From contig NC_052154.1 in the NCBI RefSeq assembly GCF_902713615.1, positions 7,379,784 through 7,443,783 of the forward strand: a DNA stretch of 64,000 nt. The letters run 5' to 3'. The translations under genes and the position numbers were made by a program. The notes beneath the pieces were generated by a model, which saw only the letters and a list, made by a program, of their open reading frames with translations, was not told the origin of the DNA and did no database searches. This document shows, one piece after another, positions 62,041-64,000 of the stretch. The DNA is from Scyliorhinus canicula (taxonomy: Eukaryota). Position 1 is the first letter of the stretch, and each line of letters begins with the position of its first letter.

Positions 62041-62380
62041 GGGTAGCACGGTAGCATTGTGGATAGCACAATTGCTTCACAACTCCAGCGTCCCAGGTTC
62101 GATTCCCGGCTTGGGTCACTGTCTGTGTGGAGTTTGCACTTTCTCCCCGTGTGTGTGTGGGTTTCCTCCGGGTGCTCCGGTTTCCTCCCATAGTCCAAAG
62201 ATGTGCGGGTTAGGTGGATTGGCTGTGCTAAATTGCCCATAGTGTCCAAAATTTTCTTTAGTGTTGGGTGGGGTTACTGGATTATGGGTGGAGGTGTGGA
62301 CCTTGGGTAGGGTGCTCTCTCCAAGAGCTGGTGCAGACTCGATGGGCCGAATGGCCTCCTTCTGCACTGTAAATTCTATG
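62041..62380 (+). mobile_element. HE1 V-SINE, full length
   Basis: Head, core and tail. Confidence 0.9.
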
Positions 62381-62574
62381 AAATCTGAGAGAAGGAAGAT
62401 GAGAAAGCGAGGTCGAAATGTTGAGATTGGGAATTCCAGAGTTTAGGACTTCAGACAGCTGAAGATGTGGAAACAAGTGGTAAGGAGAAGGAATCAGAAT
62501 TGGAGGAGAACAGAGTTCTTGGAAGTTTCTCGAACTGGAGGGAGCCTCATGGGAGTGAGCGGCACTGGAGTGGA

Positions 62575-62880
62575 CAGCACTGTAGCACATTGGTTAGCAC
62601 TGTTGCTTCACAGCGCCAGGCTCCCACGTTCGATTCCCAGCTTGGGATACCATCTGTGTGGAGTCTGCATATCCTCCCCGTGTCTGCGTGGGTTTCCTCC
62701 GAGTGCTCCGTTTCCTCCCACAAGTCCCGAAAGACGTGCTTGTTAGGTGAATAGGACATTCTGAATTCTCCCTCTGTGTACCCAAACAGGCGCCGGAGTG
62801 TGGCCACTGGGGGATTTTCACAGTAACTTCATTGCGGTGTTAATGTAAGCCTACTTGTGACAATAATAAAGATTATTATC
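62575..62880 (+). mobile_element. V-SINE with alternative tail, full length
   Basis: HE1 head and V core, then CAAGTCCCGAAAGACGTGC...GCCTACTTGTGACAATAATAAAGATTATT. Confidence 0.85.
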
Positions 62881-63265
62881 ATGATAGCTGACAACGTCAG
62901 AATGAGAGGGAGCCACAATCTACAACTTCACCACAAATAGTTTAAATCACTTGAAACAATCCGCTGTTTTTTAAAGATACAAGACACTGATGAAAAACTG
63001 ATACTATTAAGCGGGCTTTCCCAAACCTTGCCAGCTGCGGAACATTTTTGACATGCCAAGGGCACTGAACAAACTCTTGAGAAACATTCATAATGTGTTC
63101 AAAAATTAAATCACAAAAAAAATGTTATAAATGCACAATTAGTACAAACATACAAAAACAAATTTAAAATGGTGTTTATATGTCTTAGCGGATTGTTAAA
63201 TAAAGTTCTGTTGTTCAATAAATTCTTCCAAGTTTTACCATCTTGTCATTTTCAAAGGGAATGCC

Positions 63266-64000
63266 GACTCACCCACACTCCCACCCACCCTCACCCTCAC
63301 ACACCCTCACTCCCACCCACTCTCACCTCCCACCCACTCTCACTCACCCTCACACACCCTCACACACCCTCACTCCCACCCACTCTCACCTCCCACCCAC
63401 TCTCACTCACCCTCACACACCCTCACCCTCACACACCCTCACTCCCACCCACTCTCACCTCCCACCCACTCTCACTCACCCTCACACACCCTCACCCTCA
63501 CACACCCTCACCCTCACCCACCCTCACCCTCACTCACCCTCACACACCCTCACCCTCACACACCCTCACTCCCACCCACTCTCACCTCCCACCCACTCTC
63601 ACTCACCCTCACACACCCTCACCCTCACACACACCCACTCTCACTCTCACCCACACTCCCACCCACTCTCACCCTCACCCACTCTCACCAACTCTCACCC
63701 TCATACACTCTCACTCTCACACACCCTTACCCTCACATACTCCCACCCACCCTCACTGTCACCCTCACACACTCCCACCCTCACACACTCCCACCCTCAC
63801 ACACTCCCACCCTCACACACTCTCACCCTCACACAATCCCACCCTCACACACTCTCACCCTCACACACTCCCACCCCCGCACACTCTCACCCTCACACAC
63901 CCTCACACACACCCATCTTCACACACCCTCACATACCACCACACACTCTCACCCTCACACACTCCACCCTCACACACACCCTCACACGCCCTCATCCCCC
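63266..64000. repeat. Complex C/A-rich tandem repeat of CACCCT, CACACCCT and CACTCT units with a ~53-bp higher-order block
   Basis: Block CACACACCCTCACTCCCACCCACTCTCACCTCCCACCCACTCTCACTCACCCT recurs at ~63298, 63361, 63430 and 63557; runs off the end of the window. Confidence 0.95.

Noticed and set aside
63266-64000. CRISPR-like array
   Set aside because: No unique spacers; it is a simple eukaryotic satellite.

Overview
Repeat-dominated eukaryotic DNA. The HE1-type V-SINEs, HER1/CR1 LINEs and Deu-type SINEs point to a cartilaginous fish, probably a catshark-like shark (inference from repeat families recognised by eye). No host protein-coding gene can be confidently identified, so the window looks intronic or intergenic. 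Most of it is nested debris: CR1-group LINE fragments, several modular SINE families, Harbinger-like MITEs and ORF remnants, solo LTRs with 5-bp TSDs, and Penelope-like elements (PLEs) whose pseudo-LTRs carry minimal hammerhead ribozyme motifs. One PLE forms a perfect 363-bp palindrome. The most unusual object is an AT-rich ~4.0-kb cassette (29390-33382) bounded by ~31-bp terminal inverted repeats and a 42-43-bp quasi-palindromic direct repeat. It carries a decayed gamma-type retroviral env gene and a second, chimeric ORF with an env-derived membrane anchor, but no gag, pol, transposase or paired TG...CA LTRs. Repeat boundaries are approximate unless a TSD is quoted.
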